Source: an uncultured Phycisphaerales bacterium
GTDB taxonomy: Bacteria; Planctomycetota; Phycisphaerae; Sedimentisphaerales; Anaerobacaceae
DNA: 64,000 bases
Assembly: GCA_963772725.1 (NCBI GenBank)
Contig: CAVYYI010000001.1
Location: forward strand, 224,001 to 288,000
Direction: 5' to 3'
Shown here: positions 31,096 through 41,158 of the stretch, piece after piece
Position numbering within the stretch: position 1 is the first letter of the stretch
How the letters are laid out: every line of letters starts with the position of its first letter
Program-made: the position numbers and the translations under genes
The notes under the pieces: generated by a model
What the model was told of the DNA's origin: nothing
The model's database searches: none
Seen by the model: the letters and a program-made list of their open reading frames with translations, nothing else

Positions 31096-31671
31096 TCATA
31101 ATCTCTTGCGTTTTTCTGGGTCGAGCCATCTGTCGGCGAAGGCCTTGTTCTTAATAGTGTCAGGCCAGCCTTTTTCCATCCAGCGTATGTACATGAACGT
31201 ATTGAACAGTTTGCCCCAGTCCTGGTTTATCACCGTTTCATAGAATATCGGCTTGAGGTTTTTAACGCCCTGCGAATAGGCATAGTCCAAAAGTATTTCC
31301 TGGCTTTTTCTCGTGAGGGTATCGAAGGGAGCAGCGGGATATTTTTTAGCCATGTATTTACGCAGCTCTTTGAGGGTTTTCGTCAGGTCTTTGCGCAACT
31401 GCTTTTCAGCTTCCTCTTTAGACCAGCCCTGGGAATAGTATTTCTTGTCCAGGACAGGCTGGCGATAACCTATTCTTCTGCCGATAGACAGAGAATAGGG
31501 ATAAAAACGGCCATCGCCTCTCATGCCAAAATCATTGGGATTCGTCGCGGATTTGATATAGTCCACAAATTCGTTTGATATAGTGAATTTGTCGGCGGAA
31601 GGCGGCGCAGCGGCACAGGAACTTAGCACTATCGTTCCAGCAATCGCAGTTAATATAAATATTTTTTTCAT
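31096..31671 (-). CDS. Lipoprotein with lysozyme-like (GH24-type) fold, catalytic motif degenerate
   Basis: Start at 31671 after GAAAGGGA; lipobox LSSC; YIKS..RFYPY..IGY..GWSKEEAEKQLRKDL..FDTL..SQEILLDYAY pattern. Confidence 0.6.
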   Translation of the reverse strand: MKKIFILTAIAGTIVLSSCAAAPPSADKFTISNEFVDYIKSATNPNDFGMRGDGRFYPYSLSIGRRIGYRQPVLDKKYYSQGWSKEEAEKQLRKDLTKTLKELRKYMAKKYPAAPFDTLTRKSQEILLDYAYSQGVKNLKPIFYETVINQDWGKLFNTFMYIRWMEKGWPDTIKNKAFADRWLDPEKRKRL

Positions 31672-31684
31672 TGTATTATCCCTT

Positions 31685-34597
31685 TCAGAATCTGAGTGTA
31701 ATAATTTCGGATTTTTGAATTTTCTGCTTAGCGGTTTCAACTTCAAAGACGCACTGGAAATCGCCTTTGCTTTCGTCAATATCAGACGAAAATTCATAAG
31801 GAAATACTGCATCGGTCTTTTCCTTCCACGGGTCATTTCCCTGCCGATATTTCAATTTCGCGGAAATAACATTTTCGGGGAGGGCATCGGTATAAACAAA
31901 AGATGAAGTAAGGCCCTTGCCCATCGTGATAAGCATGGCGGTAATTTTGCCGAAAGGAGCATCGGCTGTTACGAGACTTTCTTTACCCAGCGTTACAGCG
32001 GTTTTATCGAACATCTTGGCCTGCAGGCGAGGCTTGACCTTTACATCTTCAATGGCATACGCAATAATGCCTTTAGGTGAAATTTTGAATTTAATAGTGT
32101 TATCAGAAATCTCAACAGTGCCTTTATCCTTATTATCCTGCCAGATTCGTGATCTGTGAGCGCCTTTGCATTCAATCAAATCTGAATTGAGCGTGATTGT
32201 TACATCCTCTGGTTTGAATGACTGGTTCCAGAATGCAAGGTAAAATTTACCGTTGCCGTAGCCGGCGACATAATCAACCTGCTTATTGTCCGATTTGAGC
32301 AGATGTCTCGGCAGCCAGGGCTGGACATTATTTTCATCGTAAAACTGTCCCGGCCTGTCGCCATAGACTTTTACTCTAAAGCCGCTTCCGTACATACAGT
32401 TTGAAGGAAAGTCGATTTGTTTTTCGGAGCGATTAAAAGCGTCTGAAATGAGAAAATCAGTAACTGCTCCAATCCATTCACAGGCGTGGCCGGGATTGAA
32501 CGTAGAGTAGTCTGTCTGGTAGATATAGTGCATGGGTGCGTCCGGAAGCTCTGCAACAAGGGAATATGCGATAGAGCGGAAATCTCCCGCGTAATTGGCG
32601 TATCTTCCCACCATCGCCCATCGCTGCATATCCCGCAGAAAATCATCTTTGGCGTACGCAGCCAATCGCATGAATTGTCCGTGATTGCTAATCCAATAAC
32701 CGCCGCGATAAACGTCCAACTGGACACCGACAAGAGATGCTCTCCATGCGGGTACCGTCTGTTCCGGTGCATAGAGGTTTTGCGGCAGAGAAAAACCCCA
32801 GTCCTCGTGTCTTTGATAGGCATGGCCGTGAATGGGGACCTTGTTGTCTTTATCCATCGTTATCATCGTATCGGGCACCATTGGAAACATATTGTATATG
32901 GAAAGGTGATGGTACGCGGATTTTATAGATTTGTTAAGATATTTTTCGTCTTTCGTTTCTTCATACATCTCAAGCATATCTCTAAAATCACCATCATACC
33001 CTGCTATCATAATAGCATCATCGAGATATTTTTTATTACCGGTCAATCTATACCCTGCTATCAAATCCATGAAATTATTTTCTTTGAAACCTTTTTTTTC
33101 AGCGTAATACTTAAAGACATAAGTGCGGTTTTGAAACATACCCCAAAGCGATACCAATTGGCCGGTATCCGGATAGGGAGAACCGACGTCTCTTTTACTG
33201 GAGCTCACCATGCCGGTTTCATAGATATTGTACGGCGTAAATACGTTGTTCTTTCTCGACAAGGCAAATTCAACCATCGGCAGAGCCCTGTTTTTGTAAA
33301 AGTCCTCATCATCTGTCAGAATCGCCGCAGCCAAGCCGAACATTGGTGAGAATGGTTTGAAAGTGCCGGACTGGTCTGACCAGTAATTATAATACTTTTG
33401 CTCATCGTGCCACATGCAGTAATTGCGGCCATCACGGTTGCTGAGATAATCCATAAGATTTTCAACCGTATTATCGAGCGGACCGGTGCCGCTGTTGTCG
33501 CGCATGTCACGGAAATGATAAATATTTTTGGCGACATATTTATAAGTTTCTTCCCAGTTTCCTGGTCGCAAGACATAATGAACAGCAAAGTTATAGGTGT
33601 TACCTGAATTCATCCTTGATTCATAACCGCCCATTATCGGCGCAAAAGCCACCTGACGCAATTGCTCGTTTTTATTTTCCATCATCATCCCGAAACGGGA
33701 ATTGCTTTCCGACGCAAGAGAGTATGTCCATACACCCTGACTGTCTGTAACAAGCCTAAAAGGACTTTCATCGGGGTCAATCACGAGAACCGAGTTCATT
33801 TTTTCAGTGGCAATATGGACCCTCGGCATAGCCATATGTGCCTCGGACATAACATAATTAAATTGGCTGAATCCTCTTTCGGCAGTTTCCTGCGGCACAG
33901 GCAAAGCTTCTTCCGAATTAATGCATGGCAGGCCGGTAAAAGCAGTCGAATAAAAACCATCTTTTTTTACTTTTAGACTATATCTTATTAGCGGGTCTCC
34001 CTGTTCAGAGGGGAGTATAACCTCCGCAGTTAGCGAAAAGTTCGGCTGTTCATCAAAAAGCCAGGTAATAGAGTTATTGGCAGACGAAGATTTGACGGCT
34101 TTTAGTGTTGTTTTTTGACCCGCAAGATAGGGGTCCATAGTTCCTTTAACAGACAAATCTTCTGCTTTTTCGATAACTTTACCTTTGGCATTTTTATAAA
34201 CAAATGTACGTTCACCTCTGGAGTTAACGATAATTTTAATATCGCCTTTTGCCCCCAGTAAATCCGTCTCTTTATTGGGAGATTCAGGGTCATTGCTGTA
34301 GAATGCCCATCTTTGGGCAAGTGTGGGCATTTGAGGGTAAGGACTGGGTTGACGTCTGTCAAACCGACCGATTCGATTTATTCCGAAGCCGGGGTCTTTT
34401 TCGCTGTACATAACTGTGAATTTCCCGGAGAGCTTCTGAACAGGAACATCCTTTGCTTTTACCTCGATTGAGTTATCTGCCAGGAGTGTCAGTTCATATT
34501 GCTGGTTTTTCAGCACAGTAGCGCTTTCAGCGGTTTTTATGGCGATACAAAAAACCGCCAGGGATAATATTAATAATCTTGTTTTGTTGATAATCAT
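31685..34597 (-). CDS. Stand-alone secreted family-X protein (copy C)
   Basis: Signal peptide; FAPIMGG, RALPMVEFALSR, EQTVPAWR, GRYANYAG, YVAGYGNGKFYLA, FPYEF. Confidence 0.8.
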   Translation of the reverse strand: MIINKTRLLILSLAVFCIAIKTAESATVLKNQQYELTLLADNSIEVKAKDVPVQKLSGKFTVMYSEKDPGFGINRIGRFDRRQPSPYPQMPTLAQRWAFYSNDPESPNKETDLLGAKGDIKIIVNSRGERTFVYKNAKGKVIEKAEDLSVKGTMDPYLAGQKTTLKAVKSSSANNSITWLFDEQPNFSLTAEVILPSEQGDPLIRYSLKVKKDGFYSTAFTGLPCINSEEALPVPQETAERGFSQFNYVMSEAHMAMPRVHIATEKMNSVLVIDPDESPFRLVTDSQGVWTYSLASESNSRFGMMMENKNEQLRQVAFAPIMGGYESRMNSGNTYNFAVHYVLRPGNWEETYKYVAKNIYHFRDMRDNSGTGPLDNTVENLMDYLSNRDGRNYCMWHDEQKYYNYWSDQSGTFKPFSPMFGLAAAILTDDEDFYKNRALPMVEFALSRKNNVFTPYNIYETGMVSSSKRDVGSPYPDTGQLVSLWGMFQNRTYVFKYYAEKKGFKENNFMDLIAGYRLTGNKKYLDDAIMIAGYDGDFRDMLEMYEETKDEKYLNKSIKSAYHHLSIYNMFPMVPDTMITMDKDNKVPIHGHAYQRHEDWGFSLPQNLYAPEQTVPAWRASLVGVQLDVYRGGYWISNHGQFMRLAAYAKDDFLRDMQRWAMVGRYANYAGDFRSIAYSLVAELPDAPMHYIYQTDYSTFNPGHACEWIGAVTDFLISDAFNRSEKQIDFPSNCMYGSGFRVKVYGDRPGQFYDENNVQPWLPRHLLKSDNKQVDYVAGYGNGKFYLAFWNQSFKPEDVTITLNSDLIECKGAHRSRIWQDNKDKGTVEISDNTIKFKISPKGIIAYAIEDVKVKPRLQAKMFDKTAVTLGKESLVTADAPFGKITAMLITMGKGLTSSFVYTDALPENVISAKLKYRQGNDPWKEKTDAVFPYEFSSDIDESKGDFQCVFEVETAKQKIQKSEIITLRF

Positions 34598-34612
34598 AAT
34601 TTTCTCCTGTAA

Positions 34613-37507
34613 TTAATCTATTTGAATAATATTTTGCGGCGGGAGGTCTTTTTGATCTTGTCCTTTTGGAAGCTGGTTCTCAGGGCAGGGGGATTCAAAA
34701 AGCGATTTTATAGTATTGATGTCAAGCTGGACTTTAGGGTCGAAGCTGTCGCTGCCGACATACGCAATAATACTATAGAAAAGCTGTCTGACCTCCGGTT
34801 TATCCTTGTTATTAAGCAGGTCGGCAGAGCAGAAAAGCAATTTGCCTTTCCCAATTTTGGCTTCGAAGATGAGGCCTAACTTGCGTGATGTTTCATAGTT
34901 ATCTATGACCTGAACAAGCGGGCGGAATTGCGGCGGCGTCTGGTCGAGAATAACCGGCCTGGCGTATTTCGTGAGAGGCCACCATTGCCAGTTCGAATGG
35001 AATTCCGTTGGGAAATTTTTGAAGAGAGGATGGTTAGGGTCGCAAAGTATGCCGAGGGTGCCGGGCGGGCTCATGTGTTTGAAATATGGGACGGTCCAGA
35101 AATTTGTGATGAACTGACCTTTTATGCTTTGCCTGAGGTCGTGAAGTTCCGGAAGAAGCAGGACTTTTGCGCCGTTGAGCAGCGATTTTGAGGTGTTTTC
35201 ATCGAGGTCGCGTGTCAGAATGATGTTGCGAGGAACAGGGTATCTGAGTTGTGCGGGATATATCCAGATGTCGTAATCGTTGCGGAAATTAGTCTGAGCT
35301 ATTTGCAGTTTGATGACGGCTTTTTGCGGGGCAGTTATATTTTTTAGCGGCAATGTTACAGTGCCGAGGTCGGCAAGTCCGCCGGAAGGAATATTGATAT
35401 CTGTCAGGGTTGTTTCAAGCAGTCGATTGTTCGCGGAGTCGTATAGCGAGCAGGTAACTTTGGCGTTTTTGATGTCTTTCGGGCCAAAATGGGCTATTTT
35501 TATTCCAGCGGTGATTGTCTGGTCGTTGGTCCATGTTCGTTTAGGTATCAGCAGCAGCGGCACGGTTTCTGAGCAGAATTGCCGCCATTTCTTCGGAGCT
35601 ATGATTCCTTTCGGGTCCATAAACGAATCAGCCATTCCGAGAAATGCTGTTCCCTGGCCTGGATAGTCCTGCAGGTCGTAAATGACAAGTCCGCCAAAGC
35701 CAGGCGTACGCAGAACAGTTTCGATGTCCTCACGGTAGCAGATAGCTGCGAGAATGCCTGATGCTCTGAAAAAGTCCCATGCCTGGTCTAACATGTTGTT
35801 GTTTTTAAGCCTGTCGCGGAATATTTCAAGAGCGTATGGCCTGAGGACGCCGGTATATTTTTTAATCTCATTAAAGTCTGGGAACATCAGGTACTGGCCA
35901 AGCTCGTGCGAGATTACCGGCACGTTCGAACATGCGATTTCTCTGGAGTAATCGGTGATTGTTGACGGTGGGTATTCGTTGTTTATGCGGCCGAGATAAT
36001 CATGAACCATAGAACCTCTGACAAGGTCGATATCGACTACAACTTTTCCGCCTTGCCGGTAGGTCGAAGAGGTGGTCCAGAAATCGCCATATTTGCCTGC
36101 TGCGGGATCAGCCCAGGAGTTGTTTGACCCCGGTGCATAGATATGGCGATGGTCGATGGAGCGGAAATAGTCAACCATTTTGTTTATCGAGTTAAAATCA
36201 CCGTCAAGTTCGTTGCCAAGTGAGAGCATTACGAAGGATGGGTGTCCGCCGTAATGTTTGAGTATCTGCTCGCCTTCTCTTGTCATAAAGTCGAATTGTT
36301 CTTTGTCTTTCATTACCGCCCAGTTGGGAAGTTCCGGCTGAAGGTACATACCGAGTTTGTCGGCAGCGATAAAAGCAGCTTCCGGCGGACACCAGCTATG
36401 AAAACGATAGAAGTTGACGCCGAAAGATTTAGCAACGTTGAAGACGTGTTCCCATTGTTCCGGACTTGTTGGAGGATAGCCGGTTAATGGAAATATACAG
36501 CCATCGTGTTTTCCGCGAAGGAAGGTTTTTTGACCATTAACGGCAAAGTTTGTTCCGATGGTGGAAAATTGACGCATTGCGAAAGGTATAATAGCGGTAT
36601 CGGTGAGAGTCTGGGAGTTGCTTTCGGTAATTATGGTAATATTCATAGAATATAAGGAAGGAGAAAACTCATCCCAAAGCCGGCAGTCTTTCGGCATTGG
36701 ATAGGTAACGGATATTTTATTCTCGCCTGGCTGAATGGCAGTTTTTTTCGCCAGAGGAGCGGGTTGAGCAGTATCATCAGAAACGGCTGACGCAGCAAGG
36801 AGCCTGATTTCTGCGGATAAGGTTTTAGATGTTTTGTTTTCAATGGTGAGTGACAGGCTGGCTGTTTTAGTTTTGATGTCTGGATATATCTGAACATCCT
36901 CAAGCCAGAGAGGGTCTCGTGCAATAAGCAGAATCTTTCCGATTATGCCATTCCAGTTAGTCTGGGTTCTTTCAGACAGAGCATGAGAAAAGTGTACTGG
37001 AAAGAGGTCGCGGGTATTATCAACCATAATAGTCAGGGTGTGTTTGCCAGGCGAGGCAAAAGCAGACAGGTCGTAAATGTGAGGAGTGCTGAGGGTTGTC
37101 TGCGAGCCGATATAGTTATTATCGAGCCATATCTTTGTGAGTTTTGTCCGCTCAAGAGAGATGGTAATATGTTTTGCTTCCCAGCTTTGCGGGATTTCGA
37201 CCTGTCTCTGGTACCATGCGGGGCCTTCGTAAGTATATATCCTGTTCAGGCAGCTCGTAGTATGTTCCTGGTTGAGAAACCCTTTTTTGTTTTCGTCTGT
37301 TGTTCCGGGCAGGGTTACAGTATCGGTCAGTTCGCTCTGGAACCATTTTTCATCAAGCCCTTTTTTTTCAGGGTCGAGCCGGAATTTCCATTGGCCTGCC
37401 AATGAGATCGTTTTGTTTGAAAGGTCGGCGGCATATATGATGCGTAATGAGTGGGGAATAAAAAGAATGTTGAGTATAAAGATAAGACTAATAGAAAACT
37501 TTTTCAT
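34613..37507 (-). CDS. GH2-family glycoside hydrolase
   Basis: ISLAGQWKF, GPAWYQR, WNGIIG, LWDEFSP.LY, RFHSWCPPEAAF..AD.LGMY, HPSFVMLSLGNEL, PVISHE. Confidence 0.85.
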   Translation of the reverse strand: MKKFSISLIFILNILFIPHSLRIIYAADLSNKTISLAGQWKFRLDPEKKGLDEKWFQSELTDTVTLPGTTDENKKGFLNQEHTTSCLNRIYTYEGPAWYQRQVEIPQSWEAKHITISLERTKLTKIWLDNNYIGSQTTLSTPHIYDLSAFASPGKHTLTIMVDNTRDLFPVHFSHALSERTQTNWNGIIGKILLIARDPLWLEDVQIYPDIKTKTASLSLTIENKTSKTLSAEIRLLAASAVSDDTAQPAPLAKKTAIQPGENKISVTYPMPKDCRLWDEFSPSLYSMNITIITESNSQTLTDTAIIPFAMRQFSTIGTNFAVNGQKTFLRGKHDGCIFPLTGYPPTSPEQWEHVFNVAKSFGVNFYRFHSWCPPEAAFIAADKLGMYLQPELPNWAVMKDKEQFDFMTREGEQILKHYGGHPSFVMLSLGNELDGDFNSINKMVDYFRSIDHRHIYAPGSNNSWADPAAGKYGDFWTTSSTYRQGGKVVVDIDLVRGSMVHDYLGRINNEYPPSTITDYSREIACSNVPVISHELGQYLMFPDFNEIKKYTGVLRPYALEIFRDRLKNNNMLDQAWDFFRASGILAAICYREDIETVLRTPGFGGLVIYDLQDYPGQGTAFLGMADSFMDPKGIIAPKKWRQFCSETVPLLLIPKRTWTNDQTITAGIKIAHFGPKDIKNAKVTCSLYDSANNRLLETTLTDINIPSGGLADLGTVTLPLKNITAPQKAVIKLQIAQTNFRNDYDIWIYPAQLRYPVPRNIILTRDLDENTSKSLLNGAKVLLLPELHDLRQSIKGQFITNFWTVPYFKHMSPPGTLGILCDPNHPLFKNFPTEFHSNWQWWPLTKYARPVILDQTPPQFRPLVQVIDNYETSRKLGLIFEAKIGKGKLLFCSADLLNNKDKPEVRQLFYSIIAYVGSDSFDPKVQLDINTIKSLFESPCPENQLPKGQDQKDLPPQNIIQID

Positions 37508-37643
37508 TTTTTATATCTCCAAGGTTTTGTTTAAATGTATTGGTTTTGTTTAAACGTATTATAGCTTATTTTCCAAATACAACAACAGCTTTGGATTAAT
37601 TATTTATAAGGAAGGCAGGCTCGCATGATAATATCAAAACAAA

Positions 37644-37675
37644 GGGCCTGTTTGAAAGATTATTCAAACAGGCCC
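37644..37675 (-). terminator. Terminator hairpin (duplicate of 41084-41115)
   Basis: gggcctgtttgaa-agatta-ttcaaacaggccc, followed on the minus strand by TTTGTTTT. Confidence 0.8.
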
Positions 37676-37718
37676 CTGTATTGTACCTTCAACTAATAGT
37701 ACCTATGCAGACAAAATA

Positions 37719-40700
37719 CTACGGCCAGAGAACAAGTGTTCGCCAATTCTGCGCAAGTAATGCAAAGTCTTTGAAATTAACCTTGGTATCTCCGTCTAAG
37801 TCAGCGGCTGTATAGGCCGGCTGATAAACAGACGCCTTCCCGGCAAGATTGACAACCTCTGCCTGAGAAAGCGGGTAATCATAGACTCGGAAATCATCAA
37901 TCTTGCCACGATAATTCATGCTGCTGGTAAGAGCGTACCCGCCGACAAGGAACGTCTGCAGATATCTATATATTGGACGAGTTGCCCCGGTGTTCTCGGC
38001 TACGAGAATACCATTATGATAAATTCTCGCGATGCCTGCATCAGCGTCTTTCGTCACAGCGAAGTGGTTCCACGAGCCTCTGTATGCCTCGGTAGACGGA
38101 CTCAGCCAGCTGACAGGGTCCCAGCCGTAGTACCATAATGGCCAGCCAGGCAATTGAGTGCCGATATGTCCGCTCTCAAATACTATGGCTATTCCCTCAG
38201 GATATATGGGCGGTGTGCCTGCATCGTTTTGCGGTATTTCCAGACATATCACATGTCCGGGTGTGCCTGACCATGTCAGACTTGTACTACCATGAAATGC
38301 CGTCTGCCGGGTCTCCGGAGGCGTACCTGTATCGCCGTTCACCCACAACGATACTGTGAACTTGGAGTTAACATCGGTAGTGTTGGTATCATAGAAAGTA
38401 GTCTTTACCGGAACCTTTACGGTAACAGTGCCGTCACAATACAAGCATCCGCCGCTGTGGCCGCTTGGACTCCACGCGGTGGTTGTGCTGACTGTACCAT
38501 CATTGTTCCTCGTAGTCGAATCTTCAGCGACACTGCCGCTGGTCTCGTCAAATTTATACCAGACCCTGCAATGATTGGCGTCAGGCTTGGTGGCATAAAC
38601 CGTACCGTCGCCGCTCTGGAGCCAGTCATTAGCCATTATATCGACGTCGTTAAGGTCTTTAATGCAGTCTTCGCCGGCTATGTCGCCAGTGATAAATTCA
38701 GGTATGCATCTCTGGACGGCATACAGGCCGATATCGTCGAAGTACACTGTCCCTGAGCCGCCCGAAGTTGGACTTGTTCTGTTGCCTATACCAACGATAA
38801 TCTTCTTGATATTAGACAGGTTAAGGGCGGGCTTATTGTCCTTAAAGGACTGCAGGCTGATGTGCCATGGTGTCCACAATTCCGCCTTAACCGCGTTGGC
38901 ATCAGGATTATACACAATAGCGGTATTTGTCCCGTCCGACAGCTCCATATACATCTTCTGAACCGCGTTGCTTATCGCACCACGATAGTAAATCGTAATG
39001 GACTTGTAGCTGCTCATATTGGCTATCGGGGAGTTGGCTTCCATCTCAGAGTAATAAGGCGGATACCATTCCACAGGCCCGGGAGCATCTACTGTTCCGT
39101 CATTATCATAAGTGAACATGCAGGATTTGCTGCCGCCATGTTTAACTGTCCCGCCATCATAAATAATTGAGCCGGAATTCTGGGTATAGTACCCATCTCT
39201 CCAGACATACCACATAGAACCAAGCCACACAGGGATTATATCTTTCCTGTTGTATGGCGGCTCGCCGCCCACGTTATTGTAGTCCTCGAAATCTTCCAAA
39301 ACCTCATGGTCAGTCGTGCCAAATGTCCAGACCTGGCCTTTGGATGTCTTCGGAATATTGAGATTAACCTCGTCAACTCTCCAGTAATATGTCTTGTTAT
39401 AGGCGAGACTAACCGCCGGAACCAAAGCGCTGAGATTGACGCTGTTGGAATCGGCACGCTTAAAACTGATACCGGCCGTTGATGAAGTAGCGCTATTGAC
39501 ATTATCCCAGCTCGTGCCGAAATAAACATCGTGCTTCTTCGCATAATTGCCGGGCGCCCAGATAAGTGATGTGGAAAGCTCTACGCCTGTCGCGTCATCT
39601 GCCGGAGTCGGGGCGTAAGCAATGTTATAATCAATCGGGGTTGTTGTCATAATCGTGGTGGTGCCGCCGGTTGTGTTCAAAGTAAGTGTAACCGTCGAGC
39701 CGTGCAAACCTGTAATCCAGCCATTATTAATATAGCCCTGGTAGGCAGATACCTTATCACCGGCAGAGATAATCTTGCCGGGGCGCCTATCTCAATGTGT
39801 CCGTTGGACCTCATAGTAAGACCTCCGCCGGAGAAATTAATTACGCCGCCGGAGAGGTGTATTACACCGCTTTTTGCTGTGGCCTCATTAGGCAATGCCA
39901 TCTTGCTCACGTTGAACGTGCCGCCGCTCATATTAAGTGTAGCAGTACCATTATTGGGTAATCTTATACCGCTGGAAGCCTCGTAGGGACTGTTAATAAG
40001 ACCGCTGGTCATATTTATAGTCGCTATGCCGCTGTTGCCTGTGTGTCCGCATCTGATACCGCCTGTTCCCAAAAGAATTGTGCCGCCATCTACATTTAAT
40101 GTACCGACTACAGTACCGCTATTAGCAATACCGCCGTCGCCTATCCTGAGAATGCTCCCTGTACTATCGGCCTTGAGCAAGCTGTTGGTCAGGGTCAAAG
40201 TGCCGTTACCGCCGGCATACATACCAATCGTTACATCCTTGGAAAATTTAAGTGTGCTGTTGGTCACATTCAGAGTGCCGGTACTATAATTGCCCACGAT
40301 TAGACTGCAGCCTGTTACGTTGTTGAAATCTAAAACACTGCTGTTAGTTACATTCACAGTGCCAACTCCGGTAGAGCCTGAAGCAGAGCCGCCGATATAC
40401 AAACTTCTGCCGGTTGTCGCCTTTTGGGAAATTGTACCGCCGGAAATGTTTAAAGTAGGGGTACCTTTTTCACCGACGTATGTGTGGCCATAGCTGTCTA
40501 TTGCGCCGCTGTTAACGGCAAGAGCGCCGGTTGTGCCGTCAGTTGCGGCCAAATACAGGGTGCCGGCTGTGCCTGTAATACCGCTGCCGATTAAGCACTC
40601 ATCGGCGCCTCCGGCAGTGCCTTTATTAATATAGGCAACATCGGCGCTTGTTGGGACACCATTGACATCCCAGTTGTTTGGTTCTTCCCACTTCTTGTCG

Positions 40701-40798
40701 CTAAACTGGTTGTCCCATGTTTTATTAGCGGCGGGGACGGTTCCGGTCATGGCCAGAACCAAAAACAAAAACATTAAACAAGTTAATTTCTTACCCAT
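37719..40798 (-). CDS. Secreted beta-strand-repeat + FN3-like + CBM-like + LamG + split dockerin-like protein, copy 1 (frameshift at ~39781)
   Basis: MGKKLTCL start after AGGAGG; adding one C restores GAPGKII as in the paralogue; LamG motifs WNHFAVT, YRGKIDDFRVYDYPLS. Confidence 0.8.
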
Positions 40799-40959
40799 AA
40801 ATGTATACCTCCTGTTAATAAAAAAATTTTTCGCTTTGGATACGCTCCAAATGCGATTAAATATCACTTAACCGTAAGATTAAACACTCAATTCATTGTG
40901 TCTTTTACCCTTCTCCGTAACAATAATCTCTAAATCTATACCTAATTCCAAACAATAGT

Positions 40960-41023
40960 ATTATCGGTCTTCTGCATCGAAAAGTCAACACCATTTTGCG
41001 GCAATCTCCAACCATTTTGCGGC
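40960..41023 (-). promoter_or_regulatory. Operator copy 6 plus promoter
   Basis: Minus strand gccgcaaaatggttggagattgccgcaaaatggtgTTGACT, 17 bp, GATAAT. Confidence 0.85.
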
Positions 41024-41083
41024 AGCGATTTTTATATTCAAATAAGATGATCCCAATTCGTAATCACCGGATATCAAAACAAA

Positions 41084-41115
41084 GGGCCTGTTTGAAAGAT
41101 TATTCAAACAGGCCC
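41084..41115 (-). terminator. Terminator hairpin
   Basis: Identical to 37644-37675 (offset 3440 bp). Confidence 0.8.
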
Positions 41116-41158
41116 CTGTATTGTACCTTCAACTAATAGTACCTATGCAGACAAAATA

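Noticed and set aside
31096..31836. Prophage endolysin, and the longer 246-aa ORF start
   Set aside because: No phage genes nearby; the longer start overlaps the upstream gene, while 31671 has an RBS and a lipoprotein signal
32486..33349. 287-aa antisense ORF and the many other short overlapping ORFs
   Set aside because: They are shadows of well-supported genes on another frame or strand and have no recognisable motifs
37644..41115. REP/MITE interpretation of the twin palindromes
   Set aside because: Both copies lie inside the larger gene duplication directly after stop codons, consistent with terminators
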